Source: Gemmatimonadota bacterium (GTDB lineage Bacteria; Gemmatimonadota; Gemmatimonadetes; Gemmatimonadales; GWC2-71-9). From it: DNA of 64,000 bases. Positions 36,667-46,380 of the stretch are shown piece after piece. The stretch spans positions 48,866 to 112,865 of the forward strand of contig QHTZ01000081.1 of assembly GCA_003221005.1 (NCBI GenBank). Direction: 5' to 3'. A model generated the notes under the pieces. It was not told where the DNA came from, did not search any database, and was given only the letters and a program-made list of their open reading frames with translations. Every line of letters starts with the position of its first letter. The stretch's first letter is position 1. The position numbers and the translations under genes were made by a program.

Positions 36667-39660
36667 TCAGTTAGTAGTTCCCACGCGCGCGAGGCCAGCG
36701 CGCGCGCTGTCCACGAGGGACCGGAACTCCGGATCGCAGTCCTGGAACAGCTGTACGAACCGCGCGTAGTGCACCGCTGCCGCGGGGCGGTCCCCAAGAC
36801 GCTCGTACAGCGCGCCGCGGCGCAGGTGGGCGGGTCCCGCGTAGATCAAGTCGTAGGCAGAGAATCCCTCGAAGCCGCTGAAGAGCGCGATCGCCCGCCG
36901 GGCGTCCCCCTCCGCGGCCTCCAGCTCGGCCCGCACGTAGCGCGCCCGGGATTGCGAAAACATCGGGGAGTTGAAGTGGTACTCATACCACGTCTCCCCG
37001 GTCGTCTGACGGAGCAGCGCGAGCGCTCGCGCGCGAGCGCCCTCCCGCCGCGCAACCTCGGCCCGGATCTCGAGGCCCAGATCGCGCGGCAGGGCGGCCG
37101 CCGTGGGAGGACCGGTCTCCTGTGCGAGCGTGGCAGCGTACCGCCCCGCCGTGGCCGCGTCGCCGAGGCGCGCACTGATGAGACCCAGCAAGTACGCGCG
37201 GAGCAGACCGTGAAAGCCGTCATGCGCACTGAAGAACACCGTCAGCTGAGTGGTGGCCGGGATGGCAGAGACGTGGAGCCGCTCGAGCGCGCGCTGGGCT
37301 GCTTCGAGCGTGGCGCGCGGCGCCGCAACGATCGGTGCCAGCTCGAGCAGGGTGCCATACTCGAGGGCGCGCACCGAATCCACTTCCGCCGCGTGCGCCA
37401 GCTCGACCCGCGCCTCCGCCAATCTCCCCCGAGCCAGCGCCAGATACGCCAGGTCCAGATACCCCAGCGCCTGCGCCTCCGTGGACCGCGTCCGCTCGGT
37501 GAGCAAGCGCGCCAGCGCGTCCGCGCCGGCCAGGTCGCCGACGAAGACGGCGACGTCCCACAGGGGCAGCGTGAGGGCCGCATCGCCCGCACGCCCGAGG
37601 TCGGCCAGGACGCGCTGCTGCGCCGCCACGTCTCCGGTCGCGTAGGCACGCAGGGCGCGCATCTCCAGGTCTCGGTCACTGGCCGGGCTGAGTGCGTGGA
37701 TCGCGCCCACGAGGGAGTCCACGTCCTGCCGGCGGCCTTCCATCGCCGCGACCCGGGCGAGGTGCACCATGGGCGTGACGACGCCTGGGTCGAAGTACAG
37801 GACGCGCTCCCAGGCGGGACGGGATTCCGCGATCGCGCGACCCAGCAGCGGGCCGTAATGAAACTGGACCTCGCCGAGCTGGATCCACGCCTCGATGTCG
37901 TCGGGATACGTCCCGAGGATGCCGCGGTACAGTCCTTCGGCTTCGAGGCTCGCGCCGCGACGCGTCGCCAACAAGGCCCGCAGCAGCAGGCGGTCGTGAT
38001 CGGCAAGCCGCCCGCTATGCCGGACCGCCTGTTCCGCCGCCTCGGACGCGAGCGGCGCCCGCGTGGCCCACTCCGCCGCGACGCTGAGGCGGTAGTACGC
38101 GAGCGCGAACGCGGTGTCGAGCGCGATCGCCCGCTGAAACGCGGTCACGGCGGAATCCGCCCGACCGGCACGGAACGCGGCCTCCCCATCGAGGTAGGCC
38201 TTGTACGCGGCAAGCGATGACGTGGTCACGGACGCCACGCGTGTCACCCGCGCCGACGGACCCCTCGGCACCTCGGCGAGGAGCTGCGTCGCCAGGCCGT
38301 CCACGAGCGAGAACAGCTCTCCCCCGCCGCCCTCGACCGTGCCGCTCGCGAGCGCAGCGCCGCCGCGCTCGCGGTCGTACACCGACGCCCCGATCCGCAC
38401 GCGGCCGCCTGCTTCGACGACGTCGCCCAAGACGTACAGCCCGGCCCCGAGCCGCGCCGCCACAGTCGCGGCACCGACCGGGTCGAGCGCCCCGCCCCCC
38501 GCCCCCGTCCCGCCGCCGCGGCGCTGGGCAGCGCTCAACACCGCGTGCGGGTCCACCGCCCGCAGGTCTCCCGCCCCGTCGAGGCTCGTGCTCAGCAGGT
38601 TGACCATGCCGTCGCCCAGGTAAGCGAAGTCGGGACCACCGCGCACCGAGAACGGCAACACGGCGACGAGAGTCGGCGAGCCCGGCCCGGCAGACCGCAG
38701 CCGCAATGCAGCCCAGCCGCCGATCAGCACAACCGCTACGGCAGCGATGATCATGGCGGCGGTCCTGCCGCCGAGCCATCGCGCCGGCTGGCCACGCCAT
38801 GTCGACCCCGCCTGGCCCGTGGTGCGCATGCCCTCGAGCGCGCGACGCAGCTCGTCGGCGGATTGCCAGCGGTCCGCGGGGTCTTTCTCGAGGCAGCGCA
38901 TCACCGCCGCGGCAAGCGCGGGAGGAACCTCGGGACGCAGCCGCGCGAGCGAATCGGGGCGGCTCGTCACATGCGCGGCGAGCACGCGCTGCGGCGACTC
39001 GCCGGCGAACGGGGGCCGCCCGGCGAGCATCTCGTAACCCAGCACGCCCGCGGCGTAGATGTCGGAGCGATGGTCGATCTGCGGATCCGCAGCCACCTGC
39101 TCCGGGGCCATGTATGCCGGCGTGCCGAGCGCGATTCCGGCTGAAGTCAGGCTGGCCCCGCCCGTCGCCTGCGTCAGCGCCTTGGCGACCCCGAAGTCGG
39201 TCACGAGGGCGTGCTCGCCCGTGAGCAGCACGTTCTCGGGCTTGATGTCACGGTGCACGATCTGGTGACGATGGGCATATGCCAGCGCGTCGAGCACGTC
39301 GCCCAGGATGCGGACGGCGTCGGGGATGGGCAGCGGACCCCCCCGGGCGAGCCGCGCGCGCAGGGTCTCGCCCTCGATCAGCGGCATGGTGTAGTACAGC
39401 AGCCCACCGCCTTCGCCAGCCGTGAGGACCGGCACCACGTGAGGGTGTTGCAGCGACGCCGCAAGCCGGATCTCCTGCCGGAACCGGTCGACGCTCACCG
39501 CCGCGCCCAGCTCCGGGGGGAGCACCTTCACAACGACCTGGCGACCGAGCCCGCGCTCGTCGGCGACGAACACGCGGCTCATCCCGCCGCCGCCGAACTC
39601 ACGTTCCACTCGGTAGCGGTCACCGAGAGCACCCTGAAGGCGGGCCAGAAGGTCGGTCAT
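36667..39660 (-). CDS. Membrane Ser/Thr protein kinase with TolB-N-like and TPR extracytoplasmic region
   Basis: GGGGMSRV, VVVK, HRDIKPEN, DFG, GTPAYMAPE; TM; VAVLPF; AYKAYLDG and TPR-like helices. Confidence 0.93.
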   Translation of the reverse strand: MTDLLARLQGALGDRYRVEREFGGGGMSRVFVADERGLGRQVVVKVLPPELGAAVSVDRFRQEIRLAASLQHPHVVPVLTAGEGGGLLYYTMPLIEGETLRARLARGGPLPIPDAVRILGDVLDALAYAHRHQIVHRDIKPENVLLTGEHALVTDFGVAKALTQATGGASLTSAGIALGTPAYMAPEQVAADPQIDHRSDIYAAGVLGYEMLAGRPPFAGESPQRVLAAHVTSRPDSLARLRPEVPPALAAAVMRCLEKDPADRWQSADELRRALEGMRTTGQAGSTWRGQPARWLGGRTAAMIIAAVAVVLIGGWAALRLRSAGPGSPTLVAVLPFSVRGGPDFAYLGDGMVNLLSTSLDGAGDLRAVDPHAVLSAAQRRGGGTGAGGGALDPVGAATVAARLGAGLYVLGDVVEAGGRVRIGASVYDRERGGAALASGTVEGGGGELFSLVDGLATQLLAEVPRGPSARVTRVASVTTSSLAAYKAYLDGEAAFRAGRADSAVTAFQRAIALDTAFALAYYRLSVAAEWATRAPLASEAAEQAVRHSGRLADHDRLLLRALLATRRGASLEAEGLYRGILGTYPDDIEAWIQLGEVQFHYGPLLGRAIAESRPAWERVLYFDPGVVTPMVHLARVAAMEGRRQDVDSLVGAIHALSPASDRDLEMRALRAYATGDVAAQQRVLADLGRAGDAALTLPLWDVAVFVGDLAGADALARLLTERTRSTEAQALGYLDLAYLALARGRLAEARVELAHAAEVDSVRALEYGTLLELAPIVAAPRATLEAAQRALERLHVSAIPATTQLTVFFSAHDGFHGLLRAYLLGLISARLGDAATAGRYAATLAQETGPPTAAALPRDLGLEIRAEVARREGARARALALLRQTTGETWYEYHFNSPMFSQSRARYVRAELEAAEGDARRAIALFSGFEGFSAYDLIYAGPAHLRRGALYERLGDRPAAAVHYARFVQLFQDCDPEFRSLVDSARAGLARVGTTN

Positions 39661-39716
39661 GAAGTGCTTAAGATAGGTAGCGCGGCAAGGGGCTGCGCCG
39701 CACCTTAGGGCGACCG

Positions 39717-40259
39717 ATGAATTTCGACCTCGACCTCTCCATCGACGTACTGCGACGCTCGCCCGCCACGCTGCAGACGCTGCTCGACGGCGTGGACGAG
39801 TCCTGGGCCCGGGGCACTGAAGGTCCCGACACGTTCAGTCCGTTCGACGTGGTGGGGCATCTGATCGACGGCGAGGAGACCGATTGGATCCCGCGCGCAC
39901 GCATCATCCTCGCACAGGGACCGGACGTCCGCTTCGAGCCGTACGATCGCTTCCGCCACCGGGCGCGTAACAAAGGCCGCTCCCTGGAGTCTCTGCTCGC
40001 CGAGTTCGCCCGGTTGCGCGCCGCGAACCTGGAGCTGCTCCGCTCCTGGAAGCTCACCGCGCGGGAGCTCGACCTCCCGGGGGACCACCCGAGCCAGGGG
40101 CGCGTGACACTGCGGCAATTGCTCGCGGCCTGGGTGGTACACGACCTGGAGCACCTGGCTCAGGTCGCGCGCGTGATGGCGAAGCAATACCGGGACGAGG
40201 TCGGTTCCTGGGTACCGTTCCTGCCCGTGCTCACCGACCACGCCGTGCCTCGCTCGTAA
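39717..40259 (+). CDS. DinB/YfiT-family protein
   Basis: VVGHL, WVVHDLEHL metal-His pattern. Confidence 0.88.
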   Translation: MNFDLDLSIDVLRRSPATLQTLLDGVDESWARGTEGPDTFSPFDVVGHLIDGEETDWIPRARIILAQGPDVRFEPYDRFRHRARNKGRSLESLLAEFARLRAANLELLRSWKLTARELDLPGDHPSQGRVTLRQLLAAWVVHDLEHLAQVARVMAKQYRDEVGSWVPFLPVLTDHAVPRS

Positions 40260-40287
40260 GCCTCTGGGGACAATCGGCTCAGCGCCC

Positions 40288-40857
40288 GTGGCCCTCGCTG
40301 GCGCGATCCTCGGCTACCACGTCGCGAGCCGCCTGGCATACGTGATCGGCGTCGGCGTGGCGTTGCGCCGGCAGGAGCGCCATCATGTGTTCACGCGAAA
40401 CGCCGGCGTCGAGGCTGGGTTCCGCCGCTTCCGCCGCATCGCCGCAACCCTCATGAACAACGATGCCGTGAGCTTCATCCTGCTGTGCGTCGTGACGCGG
40501 CGCACCGGACTCACCGCGCCGCCGCCGGCCCTGCTCGCCGTCGGCGTGGCGCTCATCCTCGTTGGCGTGGCGATCAAGCTCTGGGCGGCGTGGCGGCTCG
40601 GGTCCGCGGCCTACTATTGGCACAACTTCTTCGCGCCCGACGACCCAGTCGCACCCGATCCCCCGGGCCCCTATCGCTTCCTCAGGAACCCGATGTACAC
40701 GCTCGGCTACCTGCAGACGTATGGCCTGGCCCTCGTGTGCGGCTCCCTGCCCGGGCTCGTCGTCGCGACGTTCGACCAGGCCGCCATCCTGACGTTCTAT
40801 CACTCGGTGGAGAAACCGCACTTCGAATCGCTCATCAAGGGGAGACGCGCGTCATGA
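40288..40857 (+). CDS. PEMT/ICMT-like membrane methyltransferase
   Basis: GPYRFLRNPMY and EKPH motifs; several TMs. Confidence 0.8.
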   Translation: MALAGAILGYHVASRLAYVIGVGVALRRQERHHVFTRNAGVEAGFRRFRRIAATLMNNDAVSFILLCVVTRRTGLTAPPPALLAVGVALILVGVAIKLWAAWRLGSAAYYWHNFFAPDDPVAPDPPGPYRFLRNPMYTLGYLQTYGLALVCGSLPGLVVATFDQAAILTFYHSVEKPHFESLIKGRRAS

Positions 40858-41777
40858 CCCGGGCAACGGTTGCGCTCCTCGCTCTGGCAACGTTCTCAGG
40901 GAAGTCCGTGACCGGACAGGTGGCGACGGCGCCCGCGCCCGCCGCGCTGCGCGAAGCGCTGTTGAACCGCGACCGCGCCACTTCCGAGGCCGTGCGGCGC
41001 GATGGCCTCGCGCGCGGGCTGGCGTCGGCCTTCGACTCGGCGGCGCTGTTGCTGCTCGAGGGCGCGCCGCTCGTCGCCGAGCGGGCCGGAGCCATCCGGC
41101 TGCTCGAGCAGCGCGCCGAGCTTGCGGCGCTGCGGGTGCAGTGGCTGCCGCTCGCCGTGCTCGTCTCGCTCGACGGGACGCTGGGTGTGACGTACGGGAT
41201 GACGACGATCGCCGACGCACCCGCCAGCGACACCACCAGGCTGCGGTTCGGCAAGTACATCAGCGTGTGGCGCAGGCGGGACGGAGCCTGGTACCTCGCC
41301 GCGCACCTGCAGACCGGGCTGCTCCCGCGCGACGCCCCTGTGACCGGCGCCGCGCCCTCATCTGCACCGGCCACGGCACAGCTGACGATCGGTCCCGGGG
41401 CTCGGTTCGCGGCAGCGGACCGCGCCTTCGCGCGCATGGCCGTCGACAGCGGCGCGCCGCCTGCCTTCGCGGCGTTCGCCGCGCCGACCGCCGTCACCTT
41501 TGCGGCCACGGGCGACCTGTTGATCGGGCCCGGCGCGATTCGCGCCCGCATGACGGAGAACCACGCTCACACCAGCTGGTCGTGGGCGCCACTGTTCGCG
41601 GGCTCCTCGGCAAACGGCGAGCTCGGCTACACTGTAGGAGAGGCGACGATCGCCAACACGGAGGGCGAACCCTGGACGTTTTTCGGGAAGTATCTCACCG
41701 TCTGGCGCCGCATGGCGGACGGCTCGGTGCGCTTCGTTGTGGACGGCGGGAACGCGCGCCCGCCAACGTCACATTGA
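40854..41777 (+). CDS. Secreted tandem SnoaL/NTF2-like (DUF4440/YybH) protein
   Basis: Signal peptide; repeated GKY.SVWRR..GAW / GKYLTVWRR..DGS..FVVD. Confidence 0.8.
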   Translation: MTRATVALLALATFSGKSVTGQVATAPAPAALREALLNRDRATSEAVRRDGLARGLASAFDSAALLLLEGAPLVAERAGAIRLLEQRAELAALRVQWLPLAVLVSLDGTLGVTYGMTTIADAPASDTTRLRFGKYISVWRRRDGAWYLAAHLQTGLLPRDAPVTGAAPSSAPATAQLTIGPGARFAAADRAFARMAVDSGAPPAFAAFAAPTAVTFAATGDLLIGPGAIRARMTENHAHTSWSWAPLFAGSSANGELGYTVGEATIANTEGEPWTFFGKYLTVWRRMADGSVRFVVDGGNARPPTSH

Positions 41778-41783
41778 GCACTC

Positions 41784-42287
41784 CTAGGGGTACACCCGTC
41801 GCCAGCGCGGCAGCACGCGGCCGATGGTCCACCCGACGGCGCCGCCGATGGCCCCGCCGACCGCCACTCCCAGCACCATGTTGCCGCGGCACGTGACCGC
41901 ATACGACGAACCCGGGCAGAGCTCGCTCTTAGCCGCGGCGAGCAATCCACCGGCGAGCGCGCCCAGCGCGCCCCCGAGGACCGCCCCTTCAGTTCCGGCC
42001 CTCTCTTGGACCCACAGCCGCTTCACCGCCGCGGCAGGAACTACGTAGTCGACCGGGTAGAGGTACGGGCCCACCATTATCTCCAGACTGTCACAGCGCG
42101 TGACTGGCCCGACCTGATCGCCGCGATGGCCGGTGTTGACTCGCACCAGGATCCCCGGCTTGACCGACTGGCAGATCGGGACCTCCGAGCGCACCACGGC
42201 TGAATCCAAGACCTGCGCCGTTCCCGCCGTCGCGCCGAGCACGAGGGCGAGCAGGGACAGCGGCGCGTGACGCGTCACTCGAGCCAT
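41784..42287 (-). CDS. Hypothetical exported protein with glycine-zipper TMs
   Basis: Signal peptide; GAVLGGALGALAG...GGAIGGAVG...WRRV. Confidence 0.7.
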   Translation of the reverse strand: MARVTRHAPLSLLALVLGATAGTAQVLDSAVVRSEVPICQSVKPGILVRVNTGHRGDQVGPVTRCDSLEIMVGPYLYPVDYVVPAAAVKRLWVQERAGTEGAVLGGALGALAGGLLAAAKSELCPGSSYAVTCRGNMVLGVAVGGAIGGAVGWTIGRVLPRWRRVYP

Positions 42288-42841
42288 TTCCCAACCTGTG
42301 GCAGAGTGAGCCCGAGCGTGAGCGCGAGTCGCGCCCCGGGGAGTGGGGACACGCCCACGGCAAGTCGCGTCAGCGGCGCCGCCTCCCACGTGTCACGATG
42401 GCTCAACGATCCGATGACGAACCCAGCGCCCGCTCCGATGCCGCCGAACATGACCATGTTGTGCCCGACCGACACTTCCGCGACCTGAAAGCAGTAACCG
42501 CTGGGCTTGCAAGAATGCGTCGAGCCTGCGAGGCCGATGAAGGCTCCGCCGATGGCTCCTGCCAGGAGGCCGATCCCCGTGCCGCGGAGCGTGTCGCGGT
42601 GGCGCCCACGGCTGACCTCGAGCGCGCTGACGGCGGCCCGAGGAAGCGTCTGCGTATAGTGGGACCGATCGAGCTCCAACATGAGCTGGCTGCTGTCGAG
42701 GGCGAGGACCGTGCCCACGTAGCGCCGCTCGGCCTGCACGCGCACCCGCGTGCCGATGGCGACCGCCGTCTGAGCGCCGAGCGCGACACCGTTGCAGAGC
42801 ACAAGGAGAGCTACAGCGAGCGGGATGCGCCTCTCGGCCAT
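42275..42841 (-). CDS. Hypothetical exported glycine-zipper protein, paralog-like to the neighbour
   Basis: GTRVRV...LEVSRG...GIGLLAGAIGG...GAGAGFVIG...W. Confidence 0.7.
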   Translation of the reverse strand: MAERRIPLAVALLVLCNGVALGAQTAVAIGTRVRVQAERRYVGTVLALDSSQLMLELDRSHYTQTLPRAAVSALEVSRGRHRDTLRGTGIGLLAGAIGGAFIGLAGSTHSCKPSGYCFQVAEVSVGHNMVMFGGIGAGAGFVIGSLSHRDTWEAAPLTRLAVGVSPLPGARLALTLGLTLPQVGKWLE

Positions 42842-42923
42842 ACTGCGGGCCCCGAGTCCCGGTTTCTGAACATGTGAAGTGTGTAGATCCGGCCGCGCGG
42901 GCGCCAGGGAGAATTCAAGCGAG

Positions 42924-42943
42924 ATGTTGCGTCGACGCAACAT
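42924..42943. promoter_or_regulatory. Perfect 20-bp palindrome, putative operator
   Basis: ATGTTGCGTCGACGCAACAT between divergent genes. Confidence 0.6.
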
Positions 42944-42979
42944 GGCGAGTAGCTTCGCACGGCGTCTCATCCCGCGGCC

Positions 42980-43519
42980 ATGCACCGCCAACTGGCCACC
43001 CTCGCCCAGGAACTCGCCGACGCCACGGACCGCGCGCGGCGGCTGGTCCACGGAGTGAACGAGGAAGACTTCCACGCGCGACTGGACCCGTCCCGCTGGT
43101 CCATCGCCGAATGCCTGGACCACCTGAGCATCACGACGACGGCGTTCTTACCGCTGATCGACGCCGCGCTCGTCGCGGCGAGCTCAGCGGGCGTTGACCC
43201 CGATCGTCGCTACCGTCGTGACATTCTCGGGTGGCTCCTCTCCTGGTCGCTCGAGCCGCCGGCTCGCGTGCGACTCAAGACGACCCCGCGCTTCGTCCCG
43301 ACCGGCGCCGGGTCGCGGGACGCGGTCATGGCCGACTTCGCGCGGCTCCAGGGCGAGCTCGCCCAACGACTCGAACGCTCCTCCGGCCTCGACCTCAACC
43401 GCGCACGTGTCATCTCACCCTTCAACGCCCGGCTCTCCTACAACCTCTACTCCTGCTTCCGGGTGCTGCTCGCCCACGAGCGACGGCATCTGTGTCAGGC
43501 CGAGGAGGGGTTGGGCTGA
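42980..43519 (+). CDS. DinB-family protein
   Basis: WSIAECLDHL and HERRHL.QA. Confidence 0.88.
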   Translation: MHRQLATLAQELADATDRARRLVHGVNEEDFHARLDPSRWSIAECLDHLSITTTAFLPLIDAALVAASSAGVDPDRRYRRDILGWLLSWSLEPPARVRLKTTPRFVPTGAGSRDAVMADFARLQGELAQRLERSSGLDLNRARVISPFNARLSYNLYSCFRVLLAHERRHLCQAEEGLG

Positions 43520-44460
43520 AATGGCCGTTCCTGAATGCGACGCTGGCGACGCCGGACGCGAAGCGTAGGATTCCACAGCTGATCAAGGCAGTTGGGTCAC
43601 ATCGTTTACTCGGGAGGCTGACATGTCGCTCGAGGGCAAACACGCCGTCATCACGGGAGGCTCCCGTGGCATTGGTCGAGGGATTGCGTTGAAACTGGCA
43701 GAGAACCGCGTCAAGGTGGGCATCCACTACTACCAGAACGAGCGTGCTGCCAACGATACGCTTGCCGAGGTCCGCAAGCGCGGCTCCCAGGGTTTCGTCG
43801 TGCAAGCGGATATCACACGTCCCGACCAGATCAAGGCGATGTTCAAGAACGTTCGGGCCGAATTCGGCAAGCTCGACATTTTCGTGAGCAACGCGCGGCC
43901 TGAGGTGCCGACCTTTTTCCAGCCACCTCTGGACATCACGCTCGAGCAGTGGGATACGGCTTTCGATTCCCAGGCGAAAGCGTTCCTCGTTGGTGTGCGC
44001 GAGGCGATTCCACTCATGAGCAACGGCGCTAGGATCTTCGCCGTCACGTACGCCGAGGGGAGCCGAACCGGTGGGCTGCAACCCTGGGTCGGGATGGGTT
44101 CAGCCAAGGCGGCGCTGGAGTCACTCGTCCGCTACTTCGCCGTGACACTGGCCAAGCGCGGCATCACCGTCAACGCGATCAGCCCCGGTTGGACGGAGGA
44201 CAGCGTGCTGAACACGCTGCCGCAACAGGCACAGGATCTCATCAGAAATTGGCACGTCCGCGGGTGGACGCCGGCTGGACGCCTGGGAACGCCGGCGGAC
44301 ATCGGGAACGTTGTGTCGCTCTTTTGCTCGGAACAGTCAGCCTGGATCACCGGGCAGGTGATCTACGCCGATGGCGGCGCCTCACTCATGAATCCCGGGG
44401 TCCCTCCCGAGATACAGCTCGGGTAGCTCGCACGAGCGACGGCATCTGCGTCAGGCCGAG
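43475..44460 (+). repeat. 30-bp direct repeat (29/30 identical) flanking the SDR gene
   Basis: CACGAGCGACGGCATCTG(T/C)GTCAGGCCGAG at 43475-43504 and 44431-44460. Confidence 0.9.
43623..44426 (+). CDS. SDR oxidoreductase, FabL-like
   Basis: TGGSRGIG, LDIFVSNA, KAALESL, VNAISPG, ITGQ. Confidence 0.9.
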   Translation: MSLEGKHAVITGGSRGIGRGIALKLAENRVKVGIHYYQNERAANDTLAEVRKRGSQGFVVQADITRPDQIKAMFKNVRAEFGKLDIFVSNARPEVPTFFQPPLDITLEQWDTAFDSQAKAFLVGVREAIPLMSNGARIFAVTYAEGSRTGGLQPWVGMGSAKAALESLVRYFAVTLAKRGITVNAISPGWTEDSVLNTLPQQAQDLIRNWHVRGWTPAGRLGTPADIGNVVSLFCSEQSAWITGQVIYADGGASLMNPGVPPEIQLG

Positions 44461-44467
44461 TCAAAGG

Positions 44468-44917
44468 TCACCGTACGACGACCGGTACCTCCACCCACGC
44501 ATCGGGAACGAGCAGGTGCCGCACCCGCAGCGTGTAGTTTCCCGGCGCCGAAGTCACCACCCGCACGTCGTTGCCGGTCACGGATTCCCCCGGGGCGAGC
44601 TCGGCGTACATGCTGTAGCCGGCACACATGAAGGCAGAACCGGCGAGGACGAGATCCCCCCCGGTGTCGAGGCCGCAGATCCGGCTCACGACATCGGTCG
44701 ACGCGGCATTCTTGTTCACCACGACCGAAACGATGCGCAGCTGCTCACCCTGAGAAGGCTCTGCGGGAAACAGCTGGACGGTTTGCTCCAACCCCTGAAT
44801 CGTAGCTTGCGGCGCGCCGGCCGCGGCGGCCGGGGCAGCCGGATCGCCGGTGCTGCAACCGAGGACCGCGGCGAGCGCTGAGGTAACGGTGATCAGGTGC
44901 GTGAGTCTCACAGGCAC
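44468..44917 (-). CDS. Hypothetical lipoprotein (Ig-like)
   Basis: Lipobox VLGC; ELAPGES and PGNYTLRV. Confidence 0.7.
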   Translation of the reverse strand: MPVRLTHLITVTSALAAVLGCSTGDPAAPAAAAGAPQATIQGLEQTVQLFPAEPSQGEQLRIVSVVVNKNAASTDVVSRICGLDTGGDLVLAGSAFMCAGYSMYAELAPGESVTGNDVRVVTSAPGNYTLRVRHLLVPDAWVEVPVVVR

Positions 44918-45006
44918 CCCCTGTTTGAGGTCAGCGAACGGGCGTTATACCAAAGAGAGTCGCGGCGCATCGGGCAGGTAACTGCGATTCAGGTTGCCGG
45001 GCGCCG

Positions 45007-46380
45007 CTAGTGCACGCCCCCCATCAGCCGCTTCACCGGCTGGATCATCAGGAACAGGATCGCCGCCGCGCCGAGGCACACGGCCGCCAGCGCGCCGAAC
45101 AGCTGCGACAGCGGCATCGAGGTGAAGAACCCCGCGGTCCACCCGGCGAGCTTGTTGCCCAAGGCGTCGGCCAGGAACCACACCCCGAGCATCATCCCGA
45201 CGATCTTTACGGGAGCGAGCTTCGTGAACACCGAGAGACCCACGGGCGAGAGGCTCAGCTCCCCCAGCTCCTGCACGAAGTAGCACCCAACCAGCCACAA
45301 CGGGCTCACCCGAACGCCGGAGCCGCTCTGGGCAACCGCCGCGGCGGGGATCAGCAGGACGAACGACAGGCCGAGGAAGAACAGCCCGAAGGCAAACTTC
45401 GCGGGGCTCGACGGCTCCCGCCGGCCCAAGCGCACCCACAGCCACGCGAACACCGGAGCCAGGAGAATGACGAAGATCGCCTGTACGGCCACGTACCAGC
45501 TGGACGGGAAGCTGAAGCCGAGTACCGAGAGCCGCGTGTACCGATCCCCGAAGAGATTGAGGGTCGAGCCTGCCTGCTCGTACCCGGTCCAGAACACCGC
45601 CGCGAACACGAAGAACACGAACATCGCGGCGATGCGCTTCCACTCGACCCGCGTAAAGCCGAGCCACGCCGGCGTGGCGGACGCGCGCGGATCCGCGCTC
45701 GCGGCCGTCGCGGCCAGGCGCGGCGGGGGACGCACCGCGAGCCGCTCGAACGCCGGCTGGAGGCGTCGCTTGCCGAGGACATACTGCACCAGCCCGAACG
45801 ACATGCCGATGCCCGCGCACGCGAACCCGACGTGCCAACTCACCTGCTGGGCGAACCACCCGGCGATGATGGGCCCGAGCGCCGCACCCAGGTTGATCCC
45901 CATGTAGAAGATCGAGAACCCGGCGTCGCGCCGCGCGTCGCTCTGGTCGTACAGGCCGCCCACCAGCGTGCTGACGTTGGGCTTGAGGAGGCCAGTGCCG
46001 ATGACGATGAACGAGAGGCCGGCGTAGAAGAACGGCAGCGACTTGAAGGCGAGCGTGAAGTGGCCCAGGGCGATGATGCTGCCGCCGAACAGCACGCTGC
46101 GGTACTGCCCCAGGAACCGGTCCGCGACGATGCCCCCGAAGATCGCCGCCGCCCACGCGCTGCTGGTGTAGGTGCCGTATACCGAGCCTGCGTGCTTCAC
46201 GTCGAACTCGAGCCCACCCGCCGCCGCGGGCGCCGTCATGTAGAGGATGAGGAACGCGCGCATCCCGTAATAGCTGAAGCGCTCCCACATCTCGGTGAAA
46301 AACAGCGTGGACAGACCACCCGGATGGCCGAACCAGCCGGCGGGGTCGCGACGCGTCGGCGCTGCGATGGGTGCGGTCAT
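45007..46380 (-). CDS. POT/PTR proton-dependent oligopeptide MFS transporter
   Basis: EMWERFSYYGMR, GTGLLKPN, FYMGINLG, EQAG, GELSLSPVG. Confidence 0.95.
   Translation of the reverse strand: MTAPIAAPTRRDPAGWFGHPGGLSTLFFTEMWERFSYYGMRAFLILYMTAPAAAGGLEFDVKHAGSVYGTYTSSAWAAAIFGGIVADRFLGQYRSVLFGGSIIALGHFTLAFKSLPFFYAGLSFIVIGTGLLKPNVSTLVGGLYDQSDARRDAGFSIFYMGINLGAALGPIIAGWFAQQVSWHVGFACAGIGMSFGLVQYVLGKRRLQPAFERLAVRPPPRLAATAASADPRASATPAWLGFTRVEWKRIAAMFVFFVFAAVFWTGYEQAGSTLNLFGDRYTRLSVLGFSFPSSWYVAVQAIFVILLAPVFAWLWVRLGRREPSSPAKFAFGLFFLGLSFVLLIPAAAVAQSGSGVRVSPLWLVGCYFVQELGELSLSPVGLSVFTKLAPVKIVGMMLGVWFLADALGNKLAGWTAGFFTSMPLSQLFGALAAVCLGAAAILFLMIQPVKRLMGGVH

Noticed and set aside
28890-45000. Complete integron, prophage or IS element
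   Set aside because: No tyrosine recombinase, transposase or phage gene recognised; only attC-like remnants.
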